Source: an uncultured Gemmatimonadales bacterium
Lineage (GTDB): Bacteria > Gemmatimonadota > Gemmatimonadetes > Gemmatimonadales > Gemmatimonadaceae
Assembly: GCA_963851265.1 (NCBI GenBank)
Contig: CAWKNZ010000009.1
Coordinates: forward strand, 96,001-160,000
DNA length: 64,000 bases
Direction of reading: 5' to 3'
Both the position numbers and the translations under genes were made by a program. The notes under the pieces were generated by a model, which saw nothing but the letters and a program-made list of their open reading frames with translations, did no database searches and was not told where the DNA came from. Positions 18,700 to 28,014 of the stretch are shown here, piece after piece. Numbering within the stretch: position 1 is the stretch's first letter; each line of letters opens with the position of its first letter.

Positions 18700-20447
18700 C
18701 TACGGCCGCAGCGGCCGGTAGTTCACGTCGAGCGCGTCCAACCGCCGCAGGTGCGCGCGCAGTCGCGCCGTGAAGTTCGCGAAGTCCCGCGACGCGCGAG
18801 GCGACCACGTCACCTCGGCCAGCGCCGACAGGCGCGGGTACGCCATGTACTCGGCCTGCTTGGGCGTCGGCACGTACTCCGTCCACAGGTTGCCCTGCGC
18901 GCCGAGCACGTGGCGCGCCTCCGAGGCGGAGAGTTCGGTCGGCACGGGCTCGAAGGCGTACACCGTGTCGAGCGGCAGATATCCGCCGCCGGCGAGCGGC
19001 TCCGACGCGTGGTCGCGCGACTGGTAGTAATCGAGGTACACGCGGCTCGTCGGCGTCATCACCACGTCGTGGCCGGCGCGCGCGGCCGCGATGCCACCCG
19101 CGGTGCCGCGCCACGACATCACCGCAGCGCCGGGCGCGAGCCCGCCTTCGAGGATCTCGTCCCACCCGATGAGGCGGCGTCCGCGCGCCGTGAGGAACGC
19201 GTCCATCTGCCGGATGAACCAGCTCTGCAATTCGTGCTCGTCCTTGAGCCCGAGCGCGCGGATGCGCGCCTGCACCTGCGGGTCGGCGCGCCATCGCGCC
19301 TTGTCGGCCTCGTCGCCCCCGACGTGCACGAACGGACCCGGGAAGATGGCGAGCACCTCGGTCAGCACGTCCTGCATGAACCGGACGGTGCCCGGCTCCG
19401 CGTTCAGGATGTTGTCGAACACGCCCCAGCGCGTGGCGACCGCCGAAGGCTGGGGGGCGACGCCGAGCTCGGGGTAGGCGGCGATGGCCGCGACGGCGTG
19501 CCCGGGCATCTCGATCTCGGGCACGACCGTGACGTGGCGCGCGGCGGCGTAGGCGACCACCTCGCGCGCATCGTCCTGCGTGTAGAAGCCGCCGTGGGGC
19601 ACCGAGTCGTACACCCACGCCGCGGAATCACCGCGCGCCTGCCGGCCCGCGACCGTCATCGCGCGCCGCGAGCCCACGGCCGTGAGGCGCGGGTACTTCT
19701 TGATCTCGAGCCGCCACCCCTGGTCCTCGGTGAGGTGCCAGTGAAAGGTGTTCATCTTGTGGAGCGCGAGCAGGTCGATGTACTTCTCGACGAACTCCTT
19801 GGGCATGAAGTGGCGGCCCACGTCGAGCATCCCGCCGCGCCACACGAAGCGCGGCGCGTCCTCGATGCGCGCGGCGGGCATCGTCCACGCGACCCCGCGC
19901 ACCGGCGCCGCGCGAAAGACGTCGGGCGGCAGCAGCTGACGGATCGTCTGCACGGCGTAGAACAGCCCGGCCTGCCCGGCCGCGCGCGCCGTCACCCGGT
20001 CCGGACGTACCTCGAGCGCGTAGCCCTCGTCACCGAGCCGCGCGAGCGACGCGTCGAGCCGGAGCACGATCGCCCCCGCCCTGGCGGACGCGGCGCCCGG
20101 CGGCAGCATCCCCTCGCGCACCGCGAGCGCGTAGCCGGTGGCCGGCTCGAGGTAGCCGGCGAGTTGACGCCCGACCGTGGCCGCCGCGGGCTGGCCGGGC
20201 GCCGTCCAGATCACCGTGCCCGCCGTGAGCGCGAACCGCCCCGGCTTGGCGTCAGCTGTACCGGCCGGGGGACGACCGAGATCGCGGGCGCTGAGTCCCT
20301 CACAGGCGAACCCCCCGCGGGCGAAGTCCCCGCGCGGGGCTCGGTGGCGGCCTGCGCGCCCGCGGGCCGGCTCGCGAGCGCCGCCAGACACGCCCCGAAC
20401 GCGGCGGCCGACCGCGTTGCGCGCGTTGCGCGCGTCGCGCCTGTCAT
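18700..20447 (-). pseudogene. GH20 beta-N-acetylhexosaminidase with single-base frameshift near 20245 (pseudogene or sequencing error)
   Basis: Catalytic domain intact (RGGMLDVGRHF, HWHLTEDQGWR, EIEMPGH, HVGGDE). The signal peptide plus ISVVPRPVQLTP lies in another frame starting at an ATG that overlaps the nitrilase stop. Confidence 0.85.
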
Positions 20448-21400
20448 GCGCCGAACCGCACGCGACGCGTCTCCAGCTCCTGCCCCGTGGAGTGCGTGAG
20501 CGACCCGTAGAGGTCGGGCCGGCGCGCGCGGAGCCACCGCCGCCCCGACGACGTGGGCAGCAGCGACGCGTCGAGGTCCGCGACGACCATCGCGTCGCCT
20601 AACGCGCGCGTCTCGGCGACGATCTCGCCGTAGGGGTCGAGCACCATCGCGTTGCCCGTCCGGATCTCGTCGTCGTCGGGGCCGATGCCGTTACTGAACA
20701 GCAGGAACATGCCGTTGTCGTGCGCCCGGCTCGGGAGCCAGCGCATCAGCCACCCGCGCCCCTTGGGCCCGCACAGCTCGGCCTCGCACGCCGCCGGGTC
20801 CTCCCCACGGCGCGCCCACACGGCGGGGTCCACCGGCTTCATCCCGCGCGGGCTCACCGAATCGCACCCGCCGGTCTGGTGCGGCGCGAGCAACACCTCG
20901 GCGCCGAGCAGCGCGGTGGCGCGCACGTTCTCGACGATGTTGTTGTCGTAGCAGATCAGGACGCCCACGCGGCAGCCGTGCGGGGTGTCGAACACCGTAT
21001 ACCGGTCACCCGCGGCGATGTCGGGGTGCTCGAACACGTGCAGCTTGCGGTGGACGGCCCACGCGCCGTCGGGCATCGCGACGACGTACGCGTTGTAGAC
21101 GCGCCCGTCCTCGCCCAGCTCCAGGAGCCCCGCGCCGACCGTCATCCCGTGCTCCCGCGCGAGCCGCAGGAGCTCCGCGGTCGACGGCCCGTCGGGCACC
21201 GGCTCGGCCAGCGCCTCGAAGGCCTCGCGCGAGAGCTTGCGCACGTGCCAGTATCCCGTCAGGCACATCTCCGGAAAGACGATCAACTCCACGCCCGCGC
21301 GGGCCGCGTCGGCCGCGAAGTGTCGGACCCGCCCGACGTTGTACGCCTTGTCGCCCGGCGCGTGCTGGAACTGGACCGTCGCCACCCGGATATCGCGCAT
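20444..21400 (-). CDS. Nitrilase / carbon-nitrogen hydrolase family protein
   Basis: FPEM, HRKLH and GVLICYD supply the Glu-Lys-Cys triad. Confidence 0.92.
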   Translation of the reverse strand: MRDIRVATVQFQHAPGDKAYNVGRVRHFAADAARAGVELIVFPEMCLTGYWHVRKLSREAFEALAEPVPDGPSTAELLRLAREHGMTVGAGLLELGEDGRVYNAYVVAMPDGAWAVHRKLHVFEHPDIAAGDRYTVFDTPHGCRVGVLICYDNNIVENVRATALLGAEVLLAPHQTGGCDSVSPRGMKPVDPAVWARRGEDPAACEAELCGPKGRGWLMRWLPSRAHDNGMFLLFSNGIGPDDDEIRTGNAMVLDPYGEIVAETRALGDAMVVADLDASLLPTSSGRRWLRARRPDLYGSLTHSTGQELETRRVRFGA

Positions 21401-21539
21401 GTTCTCCCCTGACGGATACGCCCGCTGCCGTGGGCGACGCCCGACAACATGGCCCCGCGCACGCCGGCGGCAAAGTGCGCTCGGCGTCCGCGCGACGCGG
21501 AGCCGCGCGAGCGCCGCGCGAGCGCCGCGCGAGCGGCTG

Positions 21540-23429
21540 TCACCCCGGCCCCCCATCGAGCAGCGCGCGCGCCGCCGCGATCTCGGCGCCGAGGTCGTCG
21601 GGTTCGCCGACGCCCGCGCCGATCCGCAGCAGCTGCACGCGGATGTTCTCGCGCGCGGCGGCCAGCGCCGTGCGCCCCGCGCGCGCCGCGTCGAGTGCGC
21701 GACGCATGTCCGCCACCAGCGCGTCGCGGTGCGCGAGCAGCGCGGACGGCGCGCGGGTCGGGTCGTCCGTCGTCACGTCACCGGCCGCCGAGATTCCTGC
21801 CGCGGCCACGGCGCGCGCGACGTCGGCCTCGCGCGCGCCGAGCGACGCGTACGCCGCCTCGATCCGCCGCAGCGTGTGCGGCAGCTCAGGGAACCGCGCC
21901 AGCACGGCGGGCGGCAGCGCGTCGGGCGACGCCAGCGCGTCCGGCGCCGCACCCCTCGCCCCGGGCGCGCCGCCGTGTGCGCGCGCAGGGCGGCCCACGC
22001 CCGCGAGTCGGAAGAACGCCGGGCCGAATCGGCCCTCCCAGACCCGGGCGGTGAGGCGAAAGAAGCGCCGCTCCGCCCGCGGCGACGCGTTGAGCGCGAT
22101 GACGAGGCTCAGCGCCGTCGTCAGGTCGGCGAGGACGGTCGCCGCGATCCAGCCCCCGCCGGGGTGCGTGCCGGGCGCGGGGCGCAGCAGCCGCACGAGC
22201 GTCACCCCCTTGAGCACGAGCGCGACGCCGAGGACCGCCCAGGCGCGTCGCCGCGTGCGGCGGTCGGCCTCCGTGCGGCGTGCGTCGAACACGGCGCGCA
22301 GCTCGGCTTCGTGCGACCGCCGCTCGCGCGCGAACGCCCAGCGCACGTCGCCGGCGCCGTAGCCCTCGGCGATCAGCTCGCGCGCGCGACGCAGCAGATC
22401 GGCCGACACCACGATCGCGCCGAATGCGATGCCGAACGCCAGCGCGGCGAGGTTGCGCGTCGACGGGAGCCCGTAGAACACCGTGAACACCACGATCAGC
22501 CACACGAGCCACATCGTCTGCTCGGCGGCGCGCACGAAACTGCGCACGGGCGGCGCGATGTCCGCGTCCGACGTCGCGCCGCTGCGCGGCACGAGCGCCT
22601 CGGCGACCGCCTCCCCCGACGGGAACCGCGCTTCCGGCGCGCGTGCGAGACACCGGTCGATGACCCCGGCGAGCCACGGCGGGACGTCCGGACGGACCGA
22701 GGCGACGGGCGGCGCGGCGGTCGTGAGCCGCTGGACCAGGAGCGCCGCCGCGGTCGGCGCCTGGAACGGCGGCCGACCGGTGAGCAGGTAGAAGCCGAGC
22801 CCCCCGAGGGCGTAGAGGTCGCTCCGCCCGTCGACCGGCTCGCCCGCGGCCTGCTCCGGGCTCATGAAGGCGACCGACCCGAGGATCTCACCCTCGCCCG
22901 TGAGCGTCGATGGCGCGCGCTCGGATCGGGCGATCCCGAAGTCGCTCACCAGGGCACGCCCCGAGCCGCGCTCGACCATCACGTTCTCGGGTTTCACGTC
23001 GCGGTGCACGACCCCGCGACCGTGCGCGTACGCGAGGGCCCATGCCACCTCGCGGAGCACGCGCGCCGCCTCCCCCGGCGGGAGCGGCCCCGCACGCCGC
23101 ACGCGGTCGGCCAGCGTCTCGCCGTCCACGTAGGCCATCGCGAAGAACACCGCGTCCGCGTGCTCCTCGACCGCGTGGATCGGCACCACGTGCGGGTGCG
23201 ACAGGCCGGCGCTGATGCGCGCCTCGCGGAGGAACCGCGCCCGGAGCCCAGGGTCGACTCCCAGAGCGCCCGGCAGCACCTTGATCGCGACCGGGCGGTC
23301 GAGCGCCACGTCGCGCGCGAGCAGCACCAGCCCCATGCCCCCGCGCCCGAGCTCGCGTACGAGCGCGTACCGCCCCGCGACAGCCCCCTGCAGCGCGGCG
23401 ACGTCGCGCGCGAGCGGGGCCGGGCTCAG
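21540..23429 (-). CDS. Hanks-type Ser/Thr protein kinase with C-terminal TM segments (start uncertain, CTG proposed)
   Basis: LGRGGMG, VAIK, HRDVKPEN, DFG, MSPEQ and SDLYALG motifs. Confidence 0.9.
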   Translation of the reverse strand: MSPAPLARDVAALQGAVAGRYALVRELGRGGMGLVLLARDVALDRPVAIKVLPGALGVDPGLRARFLREARISAGLSHPHVVPIHAVEEHADAVFFAMAYVDGETLADRVRRAGPLPPGEAARVLREVAWALAYAHGRGVVHRDVKPENVMVERGSGRALVSDFGIARSERAPSTLTGEGEILGSVAFMSPEQAAGEPVDGRSDLYALGGLGFYLLTGRPPFQAPTAAALLVQRLTTAAPPVASVRPDVPPWLAGVIDRCLARAPEARFPSGEAVAEALVPRSGATSDADIAPPVRSFVRAAEQTMWLVWLIVVFTVFYGLPSTRNLAALAFGIAFGAIVVSADLLRRARELIAEGYGAGDVRWAFARERRSHEAELRAVFDARRTEADRRTRRRAWAVLGVALVLKGVTLVRLLRPAPGTHPGGGWIAATVLADLTTALSLVIALNASPRAERRFFRLTARVWEGRFGPAFFRLAGVGRPARAHGGAPGARGAAPDALASPDALPPAVLARFPELPHTLRRIEAAYASLGAREADVARAVAAAGISAAGDVTTDDPTRAPSALLAHRDALVADMRRALDAARAGRTALAAARENIRVQLLRIGAGVGEPDDLGAEIAAARALLDGGPG

Positions 23430-24103
23430 GAGGCCTGTCCTCCGTCCGCAGTCACGCGGGCCACCGGCGCCGGAAGCACGCTGCGGCACACCCCGTCGAA
23501 CGTCGCGCGCAACAGCGCGTCGGTGACGTCGAGCTCACCCGCGTCGCGCATCGCGACGAGCGCGACGATCGGCCCCGTGTAGAGCGCCCAGAACACATCG
23601 CGCGGCAGGTCGCGGAGCACGCCGCGCGCGATCGCGGCCGCGAACGCCGCCAGCCCGTCCGCGGTCGCGCGCCGTTCGCGGTCGCGAGTCGCCGTCGTGA
23701 GAATGCCCGACGCGCGGCATTGATGGATCACGTTCGACGCCTCGGGGTGGTCGAGGTGCCAGCGCGCGAGCCCCGACCACGCGCGCCACAGCGAGGCGCG
23801 CGGGTCGTCGGTGTGTGCCGCGAGCGCCCCCGCGTCCGCCGTCGCGGCCCGGTGCTGGTCGTCGAGCAGTTCGAGGTAGAGCGCGTTGATGAGCGCGTCC
23901 TTGCTCGGGAAATACCGGTACACCGTGCCGGCACCCACGCCCGCCGCGCGCGCGAGGGCGGAGATCGGCGTGTCGTGCAGCCCCGCCCGAGCGATGAGGC
24001 GCCGCGCGGCGTCGAGCAACGCGGCACGCTTGTCGGCGACCGGTCGGACGGGCACGGCCGGTGGCGCGGCGGCGGGCGCAGAACGCGGGACGGAAGCGGG
24101 CAT
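23426..24103 (-). CDS. TetR/AcrR family transcriptional regulator
   Basis: LLDAA..LI...G......LARAAGVGAGTVYRYFPSKDAL HTH. Confidence 0.93.
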   Translation of the reverse strand: MPASVPRSAPAAAPPAVPVRPVADKRAALLDAARRLIARAGLHDTPISALARAAGVGAGTVYRYFPSKDALINALYLELLDDQHRAATADAGALAAHTDDPRASLWRAWSGLARWHLDHPEASNVIHQCRASGILTTATRDRERRATADGLAAFAAAIARGVLRDLPRDVFWALYTGPIVALVAMRDAGELDVTDALLRATFDGVCRSVLPAPVARVTADGGQAS

Positions 24104-24135
24104 CGGGCCGGGTCGGCCGCGGCGTTCGGCGCGCC

Positions 24136-24194
24136 TTGACAGTGCGGAACACCGAACCTACCGTGCCGAACGGTGTGGAGTGAACGTTCGCTCC
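24136..24194 (+). promoter_or_regulatory. Sigma70-like promoter and probable TetR operator
   Basis: TTGACA (24136-24141), 17 nt, TACCGT (24159-24164); 18-bp near-perfect palindrome GGAGTGAAC/GTTCGCTCC (24177-24194) between divergent genes. Confidence 0.65.
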
Positions 24195-24273
24195 GCGCCG
24201 AACGTAGCGCCATGGGCGACGGCCGGCAACCGGCCCGGGCAGCCCCGACCACCCTCGACGAGGAACGACTCTG

Positions 24274-24690
24274 ATGCTGCTGCCCCTGCTGCTCGCGACC
24301 GCGCTCCACGTCACCGTCGCCGATTCCGTGTCCGGCACCTGGCAGGTCACGGGTGACGTCGTGGGCAATCCGGTGAACGAGATCTGCACCCTGAAGCTCG
24401 CCGACGCGAAGATCACGGGCACATGTCGCACCGCAGGGGCTGCCAAGAGCTACGACGTGACCGGCGCGGTGAAGGACGGCAAGATCACCTTCAGCCACGG
24501 CGGCGAGTACGAGGGCCAGCCGCTCACGCTCACCTACACGGGCACGATGGCCTCGGCCAAGTCGCTCACCGGCAGCATCGACGTCCAGCCGTTCGGCGTC
24601 TCCGGCCAGTTCACCGCGGCCCCGGCCGCCACGCCCGCGCCGTCTCCCACAGCGCCCCCCGCCCCCGCCCGGTCGCCCGAGGAGCGGTAG
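24274..24690 (+). CDS. Secreted hypothetical beta-rich protein
   Basis: GAGG RBS, signal peptide, SVSGTW motif, Cys pair; GC3-rich codons. Confidence 0.8.
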   Translation: MLLPLLLATALHVTVADSVSGTWQVTGDVVGNPVNEICTLKLADAKITGTCRTAGAAKSYDVTGAVKDGKITFSHGGEYEGQPLTLTYTGTMASAKSLTGSIDVQPFGVSGQFTAAPAATPAPSPTAPPAPARSPEER

Positions 24691-24696
24691 CGCCTC

Positions 24697-26778
24697 GTGC
24701 GCGCCGTCGCGGAGCGAGCGCATCGGGTGCGGTTCTTCGAGAGGGCCGGCGCGCGCGCGTGGCGAATCCTTCGCGCGGCGACCGCGTTGGCCGTGTCCGC
24801 GTCGTCGGCCGAGGCGCAGCACACGGGATCGGCGCTCGGCACGGGGGTGACGACCCGGTCGCCCGACGGGCGGATCGCGCTCACGGTGCGCGTGCGCCCG
24901 GCGCCCGATGGGCGCCAGGTGCCCACGTACGAGATCAGCTTCCGGGGTGTGTCGCTCGTCGGCTCGTCGGCCCTGGGACTCGACCTCGGCCGCGCCGGCG
25001 CGCTGGGCCGCGACGTACAGGTCACCGGGTTCACGCGCGCCGCCCACGACGGGATCGTGCGCGGGCTGCTCGGCAAGGCGAGCACCGCACGGGACCGCTA
25101 CCAGGAGACGGTGATCGCGCTCGCCGAGCGTGCGCCGTCGGGGCGGCGGTTCGAGGTGGTCGTGCGCGCGTACGACGACGCCGTCGCGTTCCGGTACCGC
25201 ATTCCGCGCCAGCCGGGGCTCGCGGACGTCACGGTCACCGGCGAGCGCACGGAGTTCACCCTCGACGCGCGCGATACGGCGTACGTGCTGCCCCGCGCGG
25301 GCTTCGTGTCGTCCTACGAGGGCTTCTACACGGTCACTCCGCTCGGCGCGATCACGCCCGATACGCTGCTCGCCCTCCCCGCCCTGTTCCATCATGCGGG
25401 CGGCGCGTGGTTCGCGCTGACCGAGGCGGATCTCACGGATTTTGCCGGGCTGTATGTCGTCCACTCGGCGCCGTCACCCGGGCGAGCCGGCGTGCTCGCG
25501 AGCCGGCTCTCGCCGCTGCCGGGCGTACCGGGTGAGATGGTCCGCACGGCCGCCCCGGTCGCCGCGCCGTGGCGCGTGCTGCTCGTCGGCGACGCCCCTG
25601 GTCGGCTGATCGAGTCGAACGCGGTCGCGCTCCTCAACCCGCCGTCCGCGATCGCCGACGCGTCGTGGATCCACCCGGGCAAGACCACGTTCCCGTGGTG
25701 GAACGACTACGTCGTGCCGGACACCACGTTCCGGGGCGGGTTGAACACGGCCACGGCCAAGTACTACATCGATTTCTGCGCCGCGCACGGGATCGCGTAC
25801 CACACGCTCGACGGCTTCCAGGACACGGCGTGGTACGGCGGCGGCATCGACCCGGGCGACCACGTTCCCGACGTCACCGCGGCGCTCCCCGCGATCGACC
25901 TGCCGGAGGTGCTCCGCTACGCGCGGTCGCGCGGCGTGCGCATCCGGGTGTGGACGCACTGGAAGGCGCTGCGGCCGCAGCTCGATACCGCGCTCGCGCG
26001 CTACGCGCGCATGGGGATCGAGGGAATCATGGTCGACTTCATGGACCGGGACGACCAGGAGATGGTGCGCTTTTACCACGAGGTCGTGGCGAAGGCGGCC
26101 GCGCGTCACCTCACGGTGGTCCTGCACGGGGCCTACAAGCCGACGGGGATGGGGCGGACCTACCCGAACCTGCTCACGGTCGAGGCGGTGATGGGGCTCG
26201 AGTACGACAAGTTCGACGGCAGCCGGGGCGTCACGCCGTCGCACGAGTTGCTCGTCCCGTTCACGCGCATGCTCGCCGGCCCGCTCGACTTTCACCAGGG
26301 CGGCTTTCGGTACGTGAGCGAGGGCGCCTTCCGTCCGCGCTACACCGGGCCGCGCGTGATCGGCACGCGCGCACGGACGCTCGCGACCTACGTCGTCTAC
26401 GACGACCCGCTCCCGATGATGGCCGACGCGCCCTCCGCGTACGCCGGGCAGCTGGGCCTCGACTTCGTCGCCGCGGTGCCCACCACGTGGGACGAGACGC
26501 GCGTGATCGCCGCGCACGTCGGCGAGGTGCTCACCGTCGCGCGCCGCCGCGGCGCCACGTGGTACGTCGGCACGATGACCGACGGGACCGCGCGCACGGT
26601 CGACGTGCCGCTCGACTTTCTGGGTGGGGGCGCGTACACGGCTGACGTGTATGCCGACGCGCTCGACGCCGTCCCTCAGGCCCGCCGCACCACGCGGCGC
26701 GTCACACGCGCCGACGTCGTGCACGTCGCGCTGGCCCCGGCCGGCGGGCACGCGATGCGGCTCACGCCCGCGCCGTAG
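24697..26778 (+). CDS. Glycoside hydrolase family 97
   Basis: SPDG N-terminus, RAYDD.VAFRY, SWI.PGK, VDFMDRDDQ, PTG..RTYPN...E.V.G.E, PFTRMLAGP.D and VPTTWDET; start uncertain. Confidence 0.92.
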   Translation: MRAVAERAHRVRFFERAGARAWRILRAATALAVSASSAEAQHTGSALGTGVTTRSPDGRIALTVRVRPAPDGRQVPTYEISFRGVSLVGSSALGLDLGRAGALGRDVQVTGFTRAAHDGIVRGLLGKASTARDRYQETVIALAERAPSGRRFEVVVRAYDDAVAFRYRIPRQPGLADVTVTGERTEFTLDARDTAYVLPRAGFVSSYEGFYTVTPLGAITPDTLLALPALFHHAGGAWFALTEADLTDFAGLYVVHSAPSPGRAGVLASRLSPLPGVPGEMVRTAAPVAAPWRVLLVGDAPGRLIESNAVALLNPPSAIADASWIHPGKTTFPWWNDYVVPDTTFRGGLNTATAKYYIDFCAAHGIAYHTLDGFQDTAWYGGGIDPGDHVPDVTAALPAIDLPEVLRYARSRGVRIRVWTHWKALRPQLDTALARYARMGIEGIMVDFMDRDDQEMVRFYHEVVAKAAARHLTVVLHGAYKPTGMGRTYPNLLTVEAVMGLEYDKFDGSRGVTPSHELLVPFTRMLAGPLDFHQGGFRYVSEGAFRPRYTGPRVIGTRARTLATYVVYDDPLPMMADAPSAYAGQLGLDFVAAVPTTWDETRVIAAHVGEVLTVARRRGATWYVGTMTDGTARTVDVPLDFLGGGAYTADVYADALDAVPQARRTTRRVTRADVVHVALAPAGGHAMRLTPAP

Positions 26779-26818
26779 GACGGCGCGGTCAAGCGGTGCG
26801 GCGGGCCTGAGGGACGGC

Positions 26819-27011
26819 GTTCGGTTACCGAATCGCCCGGATCAGGGTCGCCCATTCGGTAACCGAACGGGCCAGATCACGCGCGGGGCGGCGAGGGGCC
26901 GAGCGGCCGACACGCGGTCTCCGCGCGTTCGGACGCGCTCCGTTTCAGCTCGCGGCAGGCGAACACGCGGCGTTCGGTAACCGAACGACCCAAGCCGTTC
27001 GGTTACCGAAT
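26819..27011. repeat. Four 15-bp palindromes RTTCGGT(T/A)ACCGAAY, putative parS centromere
   Basis: Copies at 26819-26833, 26854-26868, 26972-26986 and 26997-27011, directly upstream of parA. Confidence 0.8.
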
Positions 27012-27171
27012 GGTGACCACCGCCTGCTGCCCAGATCACCCCTGCGATTGCCCCTCGCGTGATTGTCGGCGCGGCGGGCCCGCACTACGTTCGAGTCCCC
27101 GCGGCGTGGTGCGCCCCGTCCGGGGGCCGCGCACGGTGCCGCGCGGCCGTCGTCTCACGCCCTCCCCGGTC

Positions 27172-28014
27172 ATGGCCCTCACAGTCGCGTTCATCGGCGC
27201 CAAGGGCGGCACGCTCAAATCCGCGTGCACCCTCAGCGTCGGCGCCGAGTTCGCCCGGCGCGGGTTTCGCGTCGCGCTCGTCGACTGCGACCCGCAGGCG
27301 ACGACGACCCGCGCCCTCCCCGACGTCGCCGCGGACGGGAGCGAGGCGCCGTTCACCACGGTCGCCGACCCGCTGCACGCGGACCCGGCGGCGGCCACCC
27401 TCGACGCGGTGCGCGCGGCGGGCGGGACGCTGCTCCTCTACCGCAGCGGGGCCTCACTCTGGCGGGCACCGCACGACGCGGTCGTCGCGCACGTGCGCCG
27501 CGCCGCGACGGGGGTCGACGTCGTGCTCGTCGACACGGTGCCCGTGCTCGGCGACATCGCGCTCGCCGTCGCGGCGGCGGCCGACCTGGTCGTCATTCCG
27601 ACCGCGCCAACCGCCGACGACCTCGACGCGGTCGAACACGTGATCGCCGCGGTGCACGAATCGGTCGACCGCGAGAAGCGGATCCGCCTCGTCGTGACCA
27701 AGGCGATCGCGGGACGCCGCAACACGCGCGACGCGCTCGACCTGCTCCGGGACCGCCACCCGGACCTCCTGTACCCGACCGTGATCCCGCACCGCACCAC
27801 CGGCGAGACCGCCAACATGTACCTCCGACCCGCCGTGCTCTACGACGCCGTCGTCGGCGACGGATCGCTGGCCGCGGCCTACGTCGCACTCGCCGATCAC
27901 ATCGCCCACGACCTCGGCCTGCACGCCCCCGCAAGGCCCGCCACGCCGCGCGGCGGCGCCAGGGCCCGGAAGCGGGCCGCGGCCGGCGCACCCACGACGC
28001 GGGGCACGCCGTGA
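27172..28014 (+). CDS. parA: ParA family partition ATPase
   Basis: Deviant Walker A KGGTLKS, A' VALVDCDPQA, Walker B VLVDT, ADLVVIP. Confidence 0.9.
   Translation: MALTVAFIGAKGGTLKSACTLSVGAEFARRGFRVALVDCDPQATTTRALPDVAADGSEAPFTTVADPLHADPAAATLDAVRAAGGTLLLYRSGASLWRAPHDAVVAHVRRAATGVDVVLVDTVPVLGDIALAVAAAADLVVIPTAPTADDLDAVEHVIAAVHESVDREKRIRLVVTKAIAGRRNTRDALDLLRDRHPDLLYPTVIPHRTTGETANMYLRPAVLYDAVVGDGSLAAAYVALADHIAHDLGLHAPARPATPRGGARARKRAAAGAPTTRGTP

Noticed and set aside
26768..26788. Hairpin CCGCGCCGT-AGG-ACGGCGCGG at the GH97 stop as an intrinsic terminator
   Set aside because: No U-tract, and GC hairpins arise easily by chance here.
26819..27011. Palindromic repeats as a mini CRISPR array
   Set aside because: Repeats are only 15 bp, spacing is irregular (20, about 100, 10 nt) and no cas genes are present; position before parA fits parS better.
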